Shown here: positions 21,013 through 31,214 of the stretch, piece by piece
Numbering within the stretch: the stretch's first letter is position 1
Layout of the letters: every line of letters starts with the position of its first letter
Assembly (NCBI GenBank): GCA_037308085.1
Contig: CP147779.1
Location: forward strand, 2,240,001-2,304,000
DNA length: 64,000 bases
Direction of reading: 5' to 3'
Source: Promethearchaeati archaeon SRVP18_Atabeyarchaeia-1
Lineage (GTDB): Archaea > Asgardarchaeota > Atabeyarchaeia > Atabeyarchaeales > Atabeyarchaeaceae
The notes under the pieces: generated by a model
What the model saw: the letters and a program-made list of their open reading frames with translations, nothing else
What the model was told of the DNA's origin: nothing
The model's database searches: none
Made by a program: the position numbers and the translations under genes

Positions 21013-21768
21013 TCACTTTGCAGTCTTTGGCATTATGCCCAATCTGACTTGAAGCCATACCGGCATGCTGAAACCGACATAGAACACGACCAGCGATGGG
21101 ATTGCCACAAATGGCACCTCAAATATGCCGAGGAAAACCCAGAACTCCGGCGACAAGCCAAGGATGTAGAACTGCCCCCCTTGTACAAGAAGTGTAGACA
21201 CCGACTCCGCAATGATCCACAGTGACAGCGGAATTCCTATCAGCCTCGCCCTAACCTTATGAAAGAGCTTAGTGCTTTTCCTGCCACTCATCAGCATGCT
21301 TGCTGATATGATGAGGGCTATCAGAGGAGTCAAAGCAGCGGCGAAAAGAGCCTCAGTGTTCCATACCAGTGGCCACCCGGGAATAACCTGGTACCCATAG
21401 TAGAAGCCAGACACCTCCGCGAGGACCCACCACGCAGCCACGCCAATCTTAGCTGGTATGGCGTACTTGCCTCTAGTCCTGCTGAGGTTCAGCGCGAAGA
21501 GAGTCAACAGAGCAACACATGTAAAAGCTGAAATCAGCCGACCGAACATGTATACTGGCGCTACTGCAAAGAGCAAACCGAACACTTTGCAGGCGTAGTA
21601 TGCCGTGCCAATCGCAAAGAATCCCACAAAATAGAACGTCAGTCTCTCATTCATAAGCTTCCTAAGCTTCACAACCGAGTAGACTGTCAGAACTGACGAA
21701 AGTATCAGGACAGGGATACTGACTTCAAATTCAAGGAGATCGAATTCAGTGCCAAAAGGCAATCCCAC
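21013..21768 (-). CDS. stand-alone 7-TM membrane protein
   Basis: 251 aa with seven hydrophobic segments by eye; basic loop RKSTKLFHKVRAR before TM6; YVGFSMPVW at the end. Confidence 0.7.
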   Translation of the reverse strand: MGLPFGTEFDLLEFEVSIPVLILSSVLTVYSVVKLRKLMNERLTFYFVGFFAIGTAYYACKVFGLLFAVAPVYMFGRLISAFTCVALLTLFALNLSRTRGKYAIPAKIGVAAWWVLAEVSGFYYGYQVIPGWPLVWNTEALFAAALTPLIALIISASMLMSGRKSTKLFHKVRARLIGIPLSLWIIAESVSTLLVQGGQFYILGLSPEFWVFLGIFEVPFVAIPSLVVFYVGFSMPVWLQVRLGIMPKTAK

Positions 21769-21792
21769 TCCACACCCCCAAGCTAAGGCTTC

Positions 21793-22383
21793 TCACTTCT
21801 GCTCCCGCACCTTGTCAACGAGGTATTCGAAGGCCTCTTTGAGTCCATCACCGTACATTCCGCTGGTTTTGACCACGTGCACGCTGTGCCCCTTCAACAG
21901 ATTGTCGACTCCATAACTCTCAAGAATCTCCTCCTCGGTCATTGGGTTCTTGTCCCGCAAGTCCTGCTTATTCGCCATTACCAGGACTGGAATTCCGTCA
22001 TTTAACAGACTTACTGCATATTCGAAGATCTTCCTGTTCTCTGCAATGTTGGCGCGGTCAGTTGCGTCCACCACGAAGATGACTCCTCCAGGGGACTGTC
22101 TGACCCCAAGTTCCCAGAATACCTGGCGGTATACTTGTTGGCCTCCGACGTCGCATGCTATGAAGTTCCATCCCTCAAACTCAAAGTTCTCGAAGTCGAT
22201 CCCGTGTGTTGGTCTGATCTGCATTTGATGCCCGTCTTCCAAGACAACCTTTCCGCTTGCGGGAGGTTGTCCCGTTTTCATGTAATAGAGCATTGTTGTC
22301 TTTCCGGCCCCACCGGGACCCAACAGGCATATTTTGATCCTCTTCTTCGATCGAAACAGGTTCTTGACCCACCCCGGCGGCAT
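21793..22383 (-). CDS. Arf/Sar-like small GTPase
   Basis: G1 GPGGAGKTT, G2 PTHG, G3 DVGGQ, FVVDATD, G4 NKQD, G5 TSG; amphipathic N-terminus GWVKNLF. Confidence 0.92.
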   Translation of the reverse strand: MPPGWVKNLFRSKKRIKICLLGPGGAGKTTMLYYMKTGQPPASGKVVLEDGHQMQIRPTHGIDFENFEFEGWNFIACDVGGQQVYRQVFWELGVRQSPGGVIFVVDATDRANIAENRKIFEYAVSLLNDGIPVLVMANKQDLRDKNPMTEEEILESYGVDNLLKGHSVHVVKTSGMYGDGLKEAFEYLVDKVREQK

Positions 22384-22671
22384 CGACTACCACCTCTTGC
22401 TGATTTCACATGACTCTTATCACTGCTTTTATCCTTGTGGAAAACTCGGCACAAAAGTCAGCCGAAGCTACGATATTCGCAAGCAGTCAAGACCATGCTG
22501 ATGAGTTAGAGGACGAAAGTCTTGTAGGGAACAAAATCTGCAATCAGCTTCGCTATCGTCAGGTTTGACTTCTCTCTCGCCCGAGTCGGCTATACTGGCA
22601 AAGATGTTGCCCATGAAGGTGAGCCAAATACCAATGCCGCTAGCCCCAACCAGAAAAGACACGGATCTCGC

Positions 22672-24087
22672 TCACAGCGGCGGTCTCTTGTTCTGCCACG
22701 GGTGAACTTTTTCGTAAGCTCTCGATGCTTTGAGCACACCCATGTCATCGTAGCGGTTTCCTATGATCTGCAGCCCAACCGGGAGACCCTTTGACGTGAA
22801 GCCTATTGGTATCGAGGCCGCAGGCTGGCCTGTGAAGTTGAATGGGTAGGTGAAAGGCATCCAAGCTATGGGTCCAACTCCTTTTCCAGCGATCTTGCTT
22901 GGCGTACCTGCTGCGTTTGGCTGGATCTCGAAGGCAGCGACCGCTGTGACCGGCGTTAGAAGGAGGTTGTACTGCTCGAAGATCTTCCTCATTCTCTTCC
23001 AGAGTTCCTCTCTCTTGTACTCTATTCTAATGATGTCCCTTGCCTTCAAGCCCGGCTCGAGAGCTAGAAAGCTGGAGTAGTAGGGGTACAGAACCTTTTT
23101 CCATTCTTCAAGGCGCTTGTCAATCGTAGCGACTGTTCTAGCAACGGTCAGGTTTATCAGATCGTTCTCCATATTTGGCAGATCCGGCTTTATCTCAGTC
23201 ACCTTGCAGTCAAGCATTTCGAAGGAGAAGGCGGCTTTCCTCGTAAGGTTCTCGATATCCACATCGACCGCTGCGTACCCAAGGCTGGGGGTGTAGGCTA
23301 TGTTCGCCCGATCTATTCCCTTGTCGATGTTCTCCAGGTAGCGTTCCCCTGTAGCTGGCAAAGAGAATCTGTCCCTCTCATCAGGACCAGCTATGATGTC
23401 AAGCGTCGCGGCTGCGTCGGACACAGCCCTAGTTATTGGCCCATCACAGCTGAGGGTTTCCCACATGGAGAGGCTTGGATAGTCTGGAACGCGTCCAAAG
23501 GAGGGCTTTATGCCGTAGACGCCGCAGAAATTTGCGGGTATCCTTATTGAGCCTCCTCCGTCACTTCCAGAAGCTATGGGTCCGAAGCCAGAGGCTACGG
23601 CTGCGGCTGCTCCTCCGCTTGAGCCACCTGTCGTTCTGGACTTGTCCCAAGGGTTGCGTGCCGCCCCAAATACTTGGTTATCCGTGTAGGCGATGAGACC
23701 GAATTCTGGTACGTTCGTTTTTCCTATTATAACCGCGCCAGCTTTTCTTAGCCTCTCAACTATGACTGCATCTTCTTCTGGAACATAATTCTCGTACAGC
23801 TTGGAGCCGAAGGTCGTGCGAATACCCTTGGTATAGACTAGGTCCTTGATCGTGATCGGAACCCCGGTTAATGGACCTACTTTCTTGCCATCCTTGATAT
23901 CCTTGGCGGCTTTTCTTGCAGAAGCCATCGCGCCCGCTTCCGTGAGAGTTACGATGGCATTAAGCTCGGGGTTATATCGCTTGACCCTTGAAAGGATTTC
24001 TTCAAGAACATCAACGGGCGACAGCTCACCTTTCGCATAAGCCTGGCTGAGTTCTATCGCGCTCATCCAACAAGTTTCTTTAACCAA
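22672..24087 (-). CDS. amidase signature family enzyme
   Basis: IKD, GGSSGG, GSDGGGSIRIPA. Confidence 0.92.
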   Translation of the reverse strand: MVKETCWMSAIELSQAYAKGELSPVDVLEEILSRVKRYNPELNAIVTLTEAGAMASARKAAKDIKDGKKVGPLTGVPITIKDLVYTKGIRTTFGSKLYENYVPEEDAVIVERLRKAGAVIIGKTNVPEFGLIAYTDNQVFGAARNPWDKSRTTGGSSGGAAAAVASGFGPIASGSDGGGSIRIPANFCGVYGIKPSFGRVPDYPSLSMWETLSCDGPITRAVSDAAATLDIIAGPDERDRFSLPATGERYLENIDKGIDRANIAYTPSLGYAAVDVDIENLTRKAAFSFEMLDCKVTEIKPDLPNMENDLINLTVARTVATIDKRLEEWKKVLYPYYSSFLALEPGLKARDIIRIEYKREELWKRMRKIFEQYNLLLTPVTAVAAFEIQPNAAGTPSKIAGKGVGPIAWMPFTYPFNFTGQPAASIPIGFTSKGLPVGLQIIGNRYDDMGVLKASRAYEKVHPWQNKRPPL

Positions 24088-24283
24088 TATGAAATGTACC
24101 CTCCTCCAGGTTTCCTGGATCCTGCATCATTCTCGGGATCTAGACCGCCTAGAGCGCAACATGTGGTCATGCCACCGTTCGGCTACGTCTCTCTTTCAAT
24201 CCTATTAACGTTTTCTGTTCTGCTAACATCGAAGGTGACGACTTCGCTTGTCTGCGTTGCCTGCGCGAGGTGTCGGGATGAGC

Positions 24284-25639
24284 TCAGCTTCGCCCAGTTT
24301 TGTCTGCAGCAGCTCTCCTGTACTTGGTTAGCATCTCACCCGTGATTCCGTTTCTCTCAATTATCTCTTTGTACAGGTATGCGCTTGGTCTAGGCTTCCG
24401 CTCTAGTGTCCTGTAGTCAACTTCGACGATGCCGAACCTCTTATCGTATCCCGAGTCCCACTCAAAGTTATCAAGGAGTGACCAATAGAAGTATGCTTGC
24501 ACGTTTGCTCCTTCCCGTATTGCGCGGTGAACTTGTTCAAGGTGTAGGACTATAGACATACTTCTTCTCGCGTCGTCCTTTACGGCAACGCCATTTTCGG
24601 TAACATAAATCGGCAAGTTATAGCCCGTCAGCCACTTGATGATTTGATAGATTCCTTCCGGGTAGATCTCATAGCCCATGTCTGTTATGCCAAGTGAGTC
24701 CTTGCGCGTGAGCGGCTTGTCCTCTTGGAGCACTTCTCTTGCACCAGCCCTCACCAGCATCCGCGAATAGTAGTTGAATCCAATGAAGTCCAAGGCGCCC
24801 TTCACTGCATCGATCAGTTCTCCGCTGCCAATGGGAGGGTTTATCTTTCCTGTCTTTAGGGCGTCAAGGAAAGACGCGTTGTAGAACTGGTGGAGGAAAC
24901 CTGCTTCATCTCGGTCCTTCTGTGATTTCTCATTGTATGGCTGGAAGCATTCTGTGTCTTTTACGGTTCCGACCTTGGGCGCGCCTTCTGCCTTGTTTCT
25001 GCCCAGAGCGTCGTGGATTGTGTGGTAAGCATTTGCGTGTCCCAGCAACATATTGCGGAGCACAGCCTGATACTTGGAGAGGTCGCTCTCGCAGGGTGGG
25101 AACTTCCCGAGCATATATGAGGCTGCCGCGTATGCCGTAGGCTCATTTATCGGGCCCCATAGGTCAACAAGGTCGCCAAGTTCGCGAACCAGGTACGCTG
25201 TGTAACGCGTGAAGTGGTCTACTGACCTCGCGTTAACCCAAGCGCCCTCTTTCTCCATCCACACAGGGTTTGTGAAGTGATGTAGTGTTACGAAGGGTTC
25301 CATTCCGCGTTTCCTTATCGCCATTATCACCTTGCGGTAGTGTTCCACTTCCTTCTTATTCCAATCGCCTTCCCGAGGCTCTATTCGGCTCCACTCGATG
25401 GAGAAGCGGAAGACCTTGTGTCCAAGTTTCCTAGCCAGATCGATGTCCTCCTCGTAGAGGTGGTAGAAGTCGTCGGCTTTTCCGCAGACCGATCCATCCT
25501 TAATGTGTCCACCTTCCTGCTCCCATACTGACCACTGATTAGTGTTTCCACCCTCCGCCTGGTAAGCTGAGATTGCAGAGCCCCACAGGAAGCCCTTTGG
25601 GAACTCAAGGAGTGATTTCCCCGCGGACTTGGTAGTCAT
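24284..25639 (-). CDS. glycoside hydrolase family 1 (beta-glucosidase/galactosidase)
   Basis: FPKGFLWG, RFSIEWSRI, INEP, VTENG, WSLLDNFEW. Confidence 0.95.
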   Translation of the reverse strand: MTTKSAGKSLLEFPKGFLWGSAISAYQAEGGNTNQWSVWEQEGGHIKDGSVCGKADDFYHLYEEDIDLARKLGHKVFRFSIEWSRIEPREGDWNKKEVEHYRKVIMAIRKRGMEPFVTLHHFTNPVWMEKEGAWVNARSVDHFTRYTAYLVRELGDLVDLWGPINEPTAYAAASYMLGKFPPCESDLSKYQAVLRNMLLGHANAYHTIHDALGRNKAEGAPKVGTVKDTECFQPYNEKSQKDRDEAGFLHQFYNASFLDALKTGKINPPIGSGELIDAVKGALDFIGFNYYSRMLVRAGAREVLQEDKPLTRKDSLGITDMGYEIYPEGIYQIIKWLTGYNLPIYVTENGVAVKDDARRSMSIVLHLEQVHRAIREGANVQAYFYWSLLDNFEWDSGYDKRFGIVEVDYRTLERKPRPSAYLYKEIIERNGITGEMLTKYRRAAADKTGRS

Positions 25640-25796
25640 ATGCCATTATACACCTCCCATACGCGGAATATTTCTCGACAGAAACCATGAAATGCATGTA
25701 CGATCCTCTTTGTGTTTTCCCTCAAACCTTCAAAACTTGAATCCTTGGGGAATATAATCTTTGTCATCTGCGAGTCGGTGGCAGGTGCTACGAATT

Positions 25797-26807
25797 ATGC
25801 GGGACTGGAAGTCTACCCTGAAAGCAGATCCAACTGGCTGGCTGTTGGAGGAGGACAACCCTTCAGTACGCTACTCTGCTTTAACTGATATTCTGGAGAG
25901 GGGTGAGTACGGCGACGAAGTTAGGAAGGCGAGAGCCGCGATAATGGAAATCGGCTTGGTTCCTAAGATACTGGCAAGCCAGAAGAAGGAGGGATACTGG
26001 GGAAGACCCGAGGACTTCTACATTAGATCAAAATACAAGGGGACAGTCTGGAACCTGATACTCTTGGCGGAACTCGGGGCAGGCGGAGGCGATAACCGCA
26101 TCAAGAATACCTGTGAGTTCATTCTCGAGAACTCTCAGGATCGTGAGAGTGGAGGTTTCTCGTACATCCGTGCCAAAGGAGGAGAAGGAGGAGCGCACAG
26201 TGGAGTGATTCCCTGCTTAACTGCAAACATGGTTTGGAGCCTGATAAGATTCGGCTATCTTGAGGATTCACGGGTTAAGCGTGGGATCGAATGGATCGTT
26301 AAGTACCAGAGATTTGACGATGGGGTGGAGGAATCCCCTCAGGGTTGGCCCTATGATAATAGGGACAAGTGTTGGGGTACACATACTTGCCACATGGGTG
26401 TGGTGAAGGCTCTGAAGGCGTTCTCCGAGATCCCCGCAGATGAGAGATCTACTGGAGTGAAGACTACCATTCAAAGGGGATCTGAGTACATGTTGGGGCA
26501 TCGCATATACAGGAGAAGCCACGATCCCGCAAAAGTCTCCAAGCCCGAGTGGCTGAAGTTCGGCTTTCCCCTGATGTGGAACACAGACGCGCTGGAGATC
26601 CTAGAAATACTAGGGAGGCTAGGTTACAAGGACAGCCGAATGCAGGACGCAGTCGATTTGGTCATGTCGAAGCAGGATGAGCTAGGCAAATGGAAGTTGG
26701 ATGCGACCTTCACAGGTCGCTATCGAGTAAGCATCGAGCAGGTTGGAAAACCCAGCAAGTGGATCACCTTGAACGCTCTCAAAGCACTAAAATTGTTCTA
26801 CAGCTAG
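25797..26807 (+). CDS. prenyltransferase/squalene-cyclase-fold (alpha/alpha barrel) conserved protein
   Basis: WLLEEDNPSVRY, QKKEGYWG, QRFDDG, QDELGKW (QW-like repeats), PSKWITLNAL; ORF extends to 25761. Confidence 0.65.
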   Translation: MRDWKSTLKADPTGWLLEEDNPSVRYSALTDILERGEYGDEVRKARAAIMEIGLVPKILASQKKEGYWGRPEDFYIRSKYKGTVWNLILLAELGAGGGDNRIKNTCEFILENSQDRESGGFSYIRAKGGEGGAHSGVIPCLTANMVWSLIRFGYLEDSRVKRGIEWIVKYQRFDDGVEESPQGWPYDNRDKCWGTHTCHMGVVKALKAFSEIPADERSTGVKTTIQRGSEYMLGHRIYRRSHDPAKVSKPEWLKFGFPLMWNTDALEILEILGRLGYKDSRMQDAVDLVMSKQDELGKWKLDATFTGRYRVSIEQVGKPSKWITLNALKALKLFYS

Positions 26808-26906
26808 CACTGTTTTTCCGAGAGTCTTTGTTCAATGGATCTCACTAGCGTTAGCACGCGCGCTACAAAAAGGTAAAATCGGCAGAAAGCGAAAGCGATA
26901 GTTACC

Positions 26907-27641
26907 TCAGTCAATGCTCGTGTTTTCGTACCGATTGTGGTAGGTGAATTCTTCCACATCGCGTCGTACTCTCAGGTATTCAGCTGGTGTAGAAACAGGG
27001 TACCCAAGGCGGACAGTAAAGGCAATATTCATGTATTCAGGAATGCTAAGAATCCGCTTCACTTCTTTCGCTACAGGATGCGCACTGAAGACGCTCAGTA
27101 TCTGAAGGCTGATCCCTAGGAGCTGCGCCATGAGCCACATGTTCTCCATAACACAACCAAGGCTAATAAAACCCAGAACATCCCCTTCCGAAGCAGGCGC
27201 TCTTTTCCTCGAATCACAGATCACAACCAGAAGCACCGGACTACCACCAATCGTTTGGACTAGGGGCCGAGGCGTGCTTTCGCGGGCTATCTCCTCCATC
27301 TTGGCAGGGTCTCTCCAGGCTGGCGGAAACATGGTGCCGAGGATTCCGACCTTCTTCTTAAGTAGCTCCTCTTGCGAGAACGAGAGCTGCTCGTAGTTCT
27401 CGCGCAGGAACTCTACAGATATACGAGATTTAATGTTCCCCAACTTCTCCAGAACCTCCTTATCATCAACGACAAGGATCTCGAAGTTTTGCATGTTGTG
27501 AGCTGTGGGCGCCCACCTACTTGCCTCTAGAATCTGCCTCAGATCCTTTTCGGAGACCGGTCGACGCGGATCAAAGGGAACTCTTGCAGACTGCCTTTGC
27601 TGGATAAGCTTCAGGATTTCACTCTCGCTCATGGCGGCCAT
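26907..27641 (-). CDS. nitroreductase family protein
   Basis: RQSAR, WAPTAHNMQ, ENMWLMA...LGI, LGYP. Confidence 0.88.
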   Translation of the reverse strand: MAAMSESEILKLIQQRQSARVPFDPRRPVSEKDLRQILEASRWAPTAHNMQNFEILVVDDKEVLEKLGNIKSRISVEFLRENYEQLSFSQEELLKKKVGILGTMFPPAWRDPAKMEEIARESTPRPLVQTIGGSPVLLVVICDSRKRAPASEGDVLGFISLGCVMENMWLMAQLLGISLQILSVFSAHPVAKEVKRILSIPEYMNIAFTVRLGYPVSTPAEYLRVRRDVEEFTYHNRYENTSID

Positions 27642-27907
27642 CTCCTCACTTTAGCGCGCTCTATGCTACCACGAACTAATGTGGGTTAGTCGGATTAAGT
27701 CTTTTCCAGGTTCTTTTCACTTGCACGCTGCAGCATCTAGGACGAGCAAGGGGGGAAATATGGGCTGCGGAAGGAGGGGTTTGGAAGGAAACATTATTAT
27801 GGCTCAAATTAGCATTTGACTTTCACTCGGCAAAAACTTGGTCAATGCGGATCACTGCACAATCGTAGAACCAACTTGTTTCCCTAGCTTGTTCGGGGGC
27901 GTGGACG

Positions 27908-29368
27908 TTGGAGAAGATTCCTAGCATCAGCGACGAGAGAAAGAAGAAGTACGATGAGATGATAGGGAAAGGCATGAGAGTACCCTACTCCTTCGAAGTT
28001 TCTAACACGATTGAAAGCATCATCAGCAAGTTCAGCAGTCTTGGCGAAGGAGTTGAGACTAGCCAGCTAGTATCCGTAGCTGGCATGGTCATTGCGCTCA
28101 GAGTTCATGGAAAACTCACTTTCATGGACATACGAGACATCACTGGCAGGATCCAAATCAACTTCAGGGTCAACGAGCTTGGCGAGGATGGGTACAGGGA
28201 GGCTCAGCTCTTCGACACGGGAGACTTTATCGGGGTCAAAGGGCACGTTATGAAAACTCACAAGGGAGAGCTGTCGGTGCTTGCTCACGAGTATGTGCTA
28301 CTCGCCAAATGCCTGATGCCTCTACCAGGTCCCCGCGACGAACTGACAGTTGAAAAGAAGTACAGGCAGCGCTACTTGGATCTGAAGCTCAACCCAGATA
28401 CGAGGCAGAGGCTAATTACGAGGGGCAGAATAGTTGCGGCCATGAGGGGTTTTCTTGACTCCCAGGGATTCATTGAGGTTGAGACGCCCATACTCCAGCC
28501 AGTCTATGGCGGTGCAGCTGCCAAGCCCTTTGTATCTCACTCAAACGCGCTGGATCAGAACTTGTACCTGAGCATTTCGCCGGAGCTCTACTTGAAGCGC
28601 TTCATTGTTGGCGGCATGGAGAAGGTCTACACAATCGCTAGGAACTTTAGAAATGAGGATATTGATGTGACCCATTACCCGGAGTTCACGATGATGGAGT
28701 GTTACCAAGCATACACGGACTACAATGGAATGATGCGGCTCACGGAGAACATGTTCGCCCATGTCGCCCAGAAGGCGGTCGGAAGAACGAAGGTCACCTA
28801 CCAAGGAAATGAGATAGAGCTGTCACCACCGTGGACAAGGATGACGATGGAAGAATCGGTCAAGAAGATAGCTGGAATTGAAGTCCCCGAAGACGAGGGC
28901 AGCCTGAAGAAACTCGTTGAGAAGCATCAGCTTGAACTTAAGCATAGGCTAATCAGACCCAACGTAGTGAGTGCCATATTCGAGAAACTTGTCCAGCCCA
29001 AACTCATTCAACCAACATTCATAATGGATCACCCCGTGGACATCTCACCTCTCACTAGGAAACACAGGAGTAAGGCTGGATGGGTTGAACGCTTCGAACC
29101 CTTCATTCTTGGCGTGGAGATGGGCAATGCATACTCGGAGCTTAACGACCCGTTTGAGCAGAGAGAAAGATTCCTGCAACAGGTCGAGGAGAGAAGGAAA
29201 GGCGACGAGGAAGCGCACCCAATGGATGAGGACTTCGTGCTGTCTCTCATGTACGGGTTCCCGCCCACGGGTGGACTCGGAGTTGGAATTGACAGAGTCG
29301 TCATGCTGCTAACAGATTCACCGTCGATCCGGGATGTAATAATGTTCCCGCTGATGAAACGAGTATAA
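27908..29368 (+). CDS. lysS: lysyl-tRNA synthetase, class II
   Basis: OB-fold, YRQRYLDL, GGAAAKPF, FRNE, YSELNDP, PPTGGLGVGIDR. Confidence 0.97.
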   Translation: MEKIPSISDERKKKYDEMIGKGMRVPYSFEVSNTIESIISKFSSLGEGVETSQLVSVAGMVIALRVHGKLTFMDIRDITGRIQINFRVNELGEDGYREAQLFDTGDFIGVKGHVMKTHKGELSVLAHEYVLLAKCLMPLPGPRDELTVEKKYRQRYLDLKLNPDTRQRLITRGRIVAAMRGFLDSQGFIEVETPILQPVYGGAAAKPFVSHSNALDQNLYLSISPELYLKRFIVGGMEKVYTIARNFRNEDIDVTHYPEFTMMECYQAYTDYNGMMRLTENMFAHVAQKAVGRTKVTYQGNEIELSPPWTRMTMEESVKKIAGIEVPEDEGSLKKLVEKHQLELKHRLIRPNVVSAIFEKLVQPKLIQPTFIMDHPVDISPLTRKHRSKAGWVERFEPFILGVEMGNAYSELNDPFEQRERFLQQVEERRKGDEEAHPMDEDFVLSLMYGFPPTGGLGVGIDRVVMLLTDSPSIRDVIMFPLMKRV

Positions 29369-29685
29369 AAGGAACCCTGACGGCAAAGAAAACATGCTAG
29401 AGCCCCTCTTAGTACGCAGAAAGATCAAGCAGAGCGCCTCACCTCAAGCTCGTGCAGGGCCCCATTGATTCTCCCGGCGCATCCGATCGCACGGAGAGAA
29501 AATGATAACTTCTCTTAATAGCTCCGACCACAGAAAAGGGAGATGCCACTTTAGAAAGAGAATACGTGACGGTAACGGGAAACCTGGGCTTCGCAACTAT
29601 TCTCTAAGGTGGCTGCCTACAACGCGGCTAAGGCAAAAAAGGGAAAGAAGACCTCAGCCCAGAAGAAAATTCCTCTGAATGCGCC

Positions 29686-30879
29686 CTACTTCTTCTTCAG
29701 GGTTGCCTGGCTGATGCGTGCATTCTTCTTGATGTTAACATATATTCCTATTGGCACTGCGACAATGCCTAAGCATATCACGACGAGACCATAGAGTATC
29801 CCAAGAATATAGATCAGAATCAATGCCATGACGATTGTGGAGAGAATTGAGTAGGTGAGACTCTGATAGATCATCAATACCACAGAGCTGAAGAGCAGCA
29901 ATATGAATAGATCGAGATTGGCGACTGCGAATGAGACCATGCTCGTCAGTAGAATTGCAATGCCTATCGTCTTAATTGGATCGCCGGCCCTGATTTCCAA
30001 GCTCCTCTTTGCGGCGTACCTTGTTACTCCGAGGATCGCGAAAAGCCCTCCAGTAATAATGAACACTAGTCCCACCACAATGTATGGAGCTGTTATGTTG
30101 ACGACAATGAATAATGTGCCGATCACGATGGTGTAGATTGAAATCAAGATTCGCCTGAATGTTGGCGTGCCTTTGACGAGACCTGCAAGATACTCCTTCT
30201 GTTTGACATACACCCCCAGCAGGATAGAGGCTGACCCCACCAGCGCTAAGAGAAGCGTGTAGGCAGGGGCGTATCGGAACTGCGTGTAGAATATGAGAAC
30301 TGCAATTGCAGCCACGACAGTATCGAAGATGTGCGACCGGTATAAGTAGATCATCGCCGAGCATAGTAGCAGCGTTGCAACCAGCAGGGTATCTCCAAAA
30401 ACTGCCACAATTACACTTGTCATGAAGACCGACATACCGACCGTGATTACCGGGTCCTGTTTCTTGAAGCCGAGATCCCTTGTTATATAGTACTTTCGCA
30501 CAGCGAATGCGGCAAGACCCAACCCGAAGACAACAAGCGGCACAGCTGCTATCAGCGAACTGGGGTCAACCGATACTAGCGTGAGGCTCAGTATGATGAG
30601 AAAAGCCACGCTCAGCAGTGTCCGCATCGGCGAAGCCCTCACGATCCAGCGAACGAAGAAGCCCCCCGCGCCCAGAAGGGCAACCTCTGCCAGGACCGGC
30701 GCAAACATCACGGCAACGAACTTGTCAGAGCTGAACTTTCCAGACACAGATGCAAGAACGAGCCAAGCAACAAGCGCCAGAATGAAGAAAATCTTGACCC
30801 ACTTGCCAAAGAAGGCCTCAACGGATGCCGCCTTCTCAGTACCGCCCTTCGGAGTTTTTCCCGCTGACCTTGAGAGCAC
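29686..30879 (-). CDS. hypothetical polytopic membrane protein with internal duplication
   Basis: Two related segments: RDLGFKKQDPVITVG...LGVYVKQK and RSLEIRAGDPIKTIG...IGIYVNIK. Confidence 0.7.
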   Translation of the reverse strand: MLSRSAGKTPKGGTEKAASVEAFFGKWVKIFFILALVAWLVLASVSGKFSSDKFVAVMFAPVLAEVALLGAGGFFVRWIVRASPMRTLLSVAFLIILSLTLVSVDPSSLIAAVPLVVFGLGLAAFAVRKYYITRDLGFKKQDPVITVGMSVFMTSVIVAVFGDTLLVATLLLCSAMIYLYRSHIFDTVVAAIAVLIFYTQFRYAPAYTLLLALVGSASILLGVYVKQKEYLAGLVKGTPTFRRILISIYTIVIGTLFIVVNITAPYIVVGLVFIITGGLFAILGVTRYAAKRSLEIRAGDPIKTIGIAILLTSMVSFAVANLDLFILLLFSSVVLMIYQSLTYSILSTIVMALILIYILGILYGLVVICLGIVAVPIGIYVNIKKNARISQATLKKK

Positions 30880-31214
30880 TGCTTCCTCGCTCCTATAAAG
30901 ACAATGCGTGGTTCAGAGAAACCACTCTTCCTAAGCCCTGTATTTGCATGGACCCTGATATCTTGAGATTATTCTCCCCCAGACAACTAATAAAGATTTC
31001 TGTCAAGTGGTTTCCCTTGATCGATTGCCTCGTGCGCTTTTCAGCGAATGAACTGCCCAGACGCAATGCTTGTCGCACAGGAGTCTGTTGCACCTTTTCT
31101 CCACAGGATTGTGGTAGGATAAGGTGGGAGGAGTTGCGCGCAAAGATCGATTCTCGAGATTCCTTTTGATCCTCAAATCTCAAGGCGCCAACACCGAGTT
31201 GAGGCAGCTTCCTC

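Noticed and set aside
22672-24087. gatA (Glu-tRNA amidotransferase subunit A)
   Set aside because: No gatB/gatC nearby and GatA-specific segments are not evident; called a generic amidase
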